Assembly (NCBI RefSeq): GCF_004010195.1
Contig: NC_057743.1
Location: forward strand, 22,945,872-23,009,871
Direction: 5' to 3'
Length of the DNA: 64,000 nt
Origin: Chiloscyllium plagiosum
Taxonomy: Eukaryota
Shown in pieces: positions 61,136 to 64,000 of this stretch (position 1 is its first letter; every line of letters starts with the position of its first letter). Below the pieces are notes generated by a model. That model searched no databases, had not been told where the DNA came from, and was given only the letters and a program-made list of their open reading frames with translations. The translations under genes were made by a program, and so were the position numbers.

Positions 61136-62134
61136 CACAGAAGTGTCAGAGGTTCTGCTGACTCTGACAGCTGGCCCAGAGGAAGCTGGACCAGTGTCAA
61201 GTACTATACCTTTGTAAATAAATAGTGATTTGGTGACAAAATACCAGCCTCTGTGGAGGTATTTGCAACTTGAATTTTATAAAGGCAGAGAATAGATTCT
61301 CTAGTGAATTTCTTGTAACTACAATTGGACATGATCATCAATCATTTTATTTGGTATAATGAACCATAGATGCTGGCTAGAATGTGGAATTCTGTGTGCG
61401 AGTAATGAGTTAGGTGTTGGGAAGGCCATGAATTAAGTATTGTAACTTTTAGTTGTTGGTTGCTGTCACTCAGCTTTAAGAACTGAAGTTGATATATTAG
61501 TTTCTGTAGAGACTGGTTCCTGTGTGATTAAATGCAGAGCCCTTAGTGTCAGGGTTGAAAGTCAGCTGAGATTTCTGCTGCTTAAATACCCATTGTCTTT
61601 TGAGGAGGGAAGTGATCGAGTAATTCTAAGCTGGTCTTGCGCCTATCTTTCTCCCGTTTCCGCTATAAAGCGGCAGCGAGCTGAGTGTTTCACATGAAAA
61701 TGATACGGAGTGATTTTGGGGGAAGGGAGAGGAATTTTTATGGTAGAGTTAGGAAATTATTTTGCGATTTTGAACAAACAAAGTAGATACCTCTGAAATA
61801 AGCAGAGCTTTAGCATATCTCGGAACATTGCCCAGAAGTGGAGACCAGAGGGGAAGTGGCAAGAGAAAATGTTATGTTGCTTAAGCAAAATCAATAATGT
61901 AATATCAAGCATTTTAAAAGCTCAGCAGAACGTTGCCAGTGGTGAAGTTTCAAAGCCCATCAAGATTGTGGTCGATCATGAAGTTATAGCCACTTGCTTT
62001 CTAACAGAGATTTTATGATTAAATACATACTTGTACAATTGTACCGTCTCAAGCAGTTGGAATGGTTATACATTCAAAGAAGCTGTGACTGAGTTCCAAA
62101 ACAGAGCAGTTTTATAATGGTTTTTGTTTGATAG

Positions 62135-62246
62135 GGGCTACTTGTATCCCTGGCTCCCACAAGCTTACCTCTGGAGTAATTATGCTGTACTGGCCATCGG
62201 GATTTGGGCCATTGCTCAGAGAGACTCTGTTGACGCTATTGTCATG
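62135..62246 (+). CDS. AGTRAP: AGTRAP coding exon 3 (GYLYPWLPQAYLWSNYAVLAIGIWAIAQRDSVDAIVM); gene continues beyond the window
   Basis: 112 nt, tag| acceptor and ATG|gtgagt donor, phase 2 to 0; conserved WAxAQRDSxDAI. Confidence 0.95.
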
Positions 62247-63162
62247 GTGAGTACTTCCAGTTCAACACTAGCATAATGCTTTTCCTGGTGTAGCAGCAGT
62301 TTTCAGTTCATGTTTTCCCACACCCCTACATTTGTGAAAGCAGTGCATTTTGCTGGAACACAGCTCACTGACACTGGCCACCCAAATAACCATTTTCATA
62401 TGAATCTGAACAATGACTGTTTCAGTTGATGCTGATTGCATTTACAGCTACAACGTCTGTATCGTCATAGGGGTGGGAACTGATTCTTTCTGTACTAACT
62501 TGATTCAGCATATTTATAGTTCTCCTCTTTACTAAGATCAGTCACCTCAATGCAGACTGAATGGGATCTGGTTACTACATTGTAGCTCAAACTGATCAGA
62601 TGGCCATTAAGAGGGCAGTTCACACTACCTTCTCAGGACAACCATGGTTATGCAATAAATGGTGACCTTCCTGTTGACACCCACAAATCAAATTTTAAAG
62701 AAAAACCTGGAATCCTTCTGGTTTGAGTTTAGATTAGATTAGATTACTTACCTCACATGTAATCTTATGGGGAATTTACACTCTGTCCCATAACATGTTG
62801 GATGACTAATTTGCAAGATTTTTGCTGTAGTTCTGTGAAGTTGTAATTATTTAGAAGTGTTTAATTCAGCGAAGCAGATGTAGGATTTTTTTAAATGAGG
62901 AAAACCGGGTCAGGATAAATTGGTTGATATTAAATTGATTAGCTGTTCCCTCCTATGTAGTTGTCAGCCTGTAGATAAAAAATGTTAGACTTAGTGGCTA
63001 TACAATCTGTTTGTATGTTAATTACATCAACTACATTCTATCCCTCTGAAGATAATTGGGAAATACAAGATTGTGATTTATGATGGTGTCACCTGGGCAT
63101 AAAATGGAGCATTTCAGCATTGGATAAGTACCAAGGCTGTGCTTACCCATATTGTGAGATTG

Positions 63163-63852
63163 GGTGCATGTGTCAGCTTGCATGACATTTCCAAGTACTA
63201 GACTGCTTCAGTTAAGAATTATGAGGTTTAAAACATTCTTCACCCTTTTATTATGAGGTCATTATTAGCTGGGTTAGCTTACTAGAAATATGTCCTAGCA
63301 TGAACATGCTTACATATTATGTAAGCTGAAAGCTTTATCACTGCGTTATGCTGGATTCATGTACTTTCTTTCATCAGTTCAGAAAAGATTTACAAGGATG
63401 TTGCCAGGGTTGGAGGAATTGAGCTTTTAGGAGAGGCTGAACAGGCTGGGATTGTTTTCCCTGGAGCGTCGGAGGCTGAGGGGTGACCTTATAGAGATTT
63501 ACAAAATTATGAGGGGCATGGATAGGATAAATAGGCAAAGACTTTTCCCTGGGTTGAGGAATCCAGAACTAGAGGGCATAGGTTTAGGGTGAGAGGGGAA
63601 AGATATAAAAGAGACCTAAGGGGCAACCTTTTCACACACAGGGTGTTACGAGTATGGAATGAGCTGCTAGAAGAAGTGGAGGCTGGTACAATTGCAACAT
63701 TTAAAAGGCATTTGGATGGGTATATGAATAGGAAGGGTTTGGAGGGATATGGGCCAGGTGCTGGCAGGTGGGACTAGATTGGGTTGGGATATCTGGTCGG
63801 CATGGACGGGTTAGACCGAAGGGTCTGTTTCTATGTTGTACATCTCTATGAC
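63163..63852 (+). mobile_element. Chimeric retroposon copy B: unknown head plus CR1 3' end
   Basis: Head 63163-63376 and CR1 63377-63852; shares the junction and diagnostic changes with copy A. Confidence 0.85.
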
Positions 63853-64000
63853 CTGGAATGATCTTGCACTTCCGGGTCTTACTGAAAGTCTATGATGTGA
63901 GTATCTGGGTCAAAGGTTATTGATTACCATTGCCTACGAGCTGGGGAATGCTGTTTAGAGCTAGAATAGTAAATGTGGGTATTAGACACAGTGATGAATT

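Larger units (their letters stand above)
55714..61267 (+). mobile_element. Degenerate Gypsy LTR retrotransposon in AGTRAP intron 2
   Basis: 5' LTR ~55714-55930; PBS-like tggcgac at 55933; gag MPLFGKLDSFDP; protease MEVDTGAAVSVI; RT KLDM..RLPFGVSSA..YLDDML; RNase H and integrase remnants; PPT ggaatggggcagga; 3' LTR ~60563-61267, interrupted. Confidence 0.88.

Overview
Vertebrate genomic DNA, almost certainly from a shark: it carries HE1-type V-SINEs and abundant CR1, Penelope and Gypsy elements, and a carpet or bamboo shark is a plausible guess. I reconstructed four spliced genes by hand from GT-AG boundaries: exon 1 of AKR7A (- strand, runs off the left edge), a complete MAD2L2/REV7 (- strand, 8 coding exons, 211 aa), a complete DRAXIN (+ strand, 6 coding exons, about 354 aa) and the first three coding exons of AGTRAP (+ strand, runs off the right edge). 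Most of the rest is nested retroelement debris, plus a 110-N gap. The most interesting non-genic signals are: (i) minimal hammerhead-ribozyme cores at Penelope termini, also mobilised as tiny or palindromic elements with long TSDs; (ii) two copies of a chimeric retroposon made of an unknown ~220-bp head fused to a CR1 tail; (iii) an E-box-rich solo LTR 2 kb upstream of an AGTRAP promoter that has tandem CLEAR/M-boxes; (iv) two LINE insertions at one site, giving a triplicated TSD. No database search was possible, so novelty is unverified.
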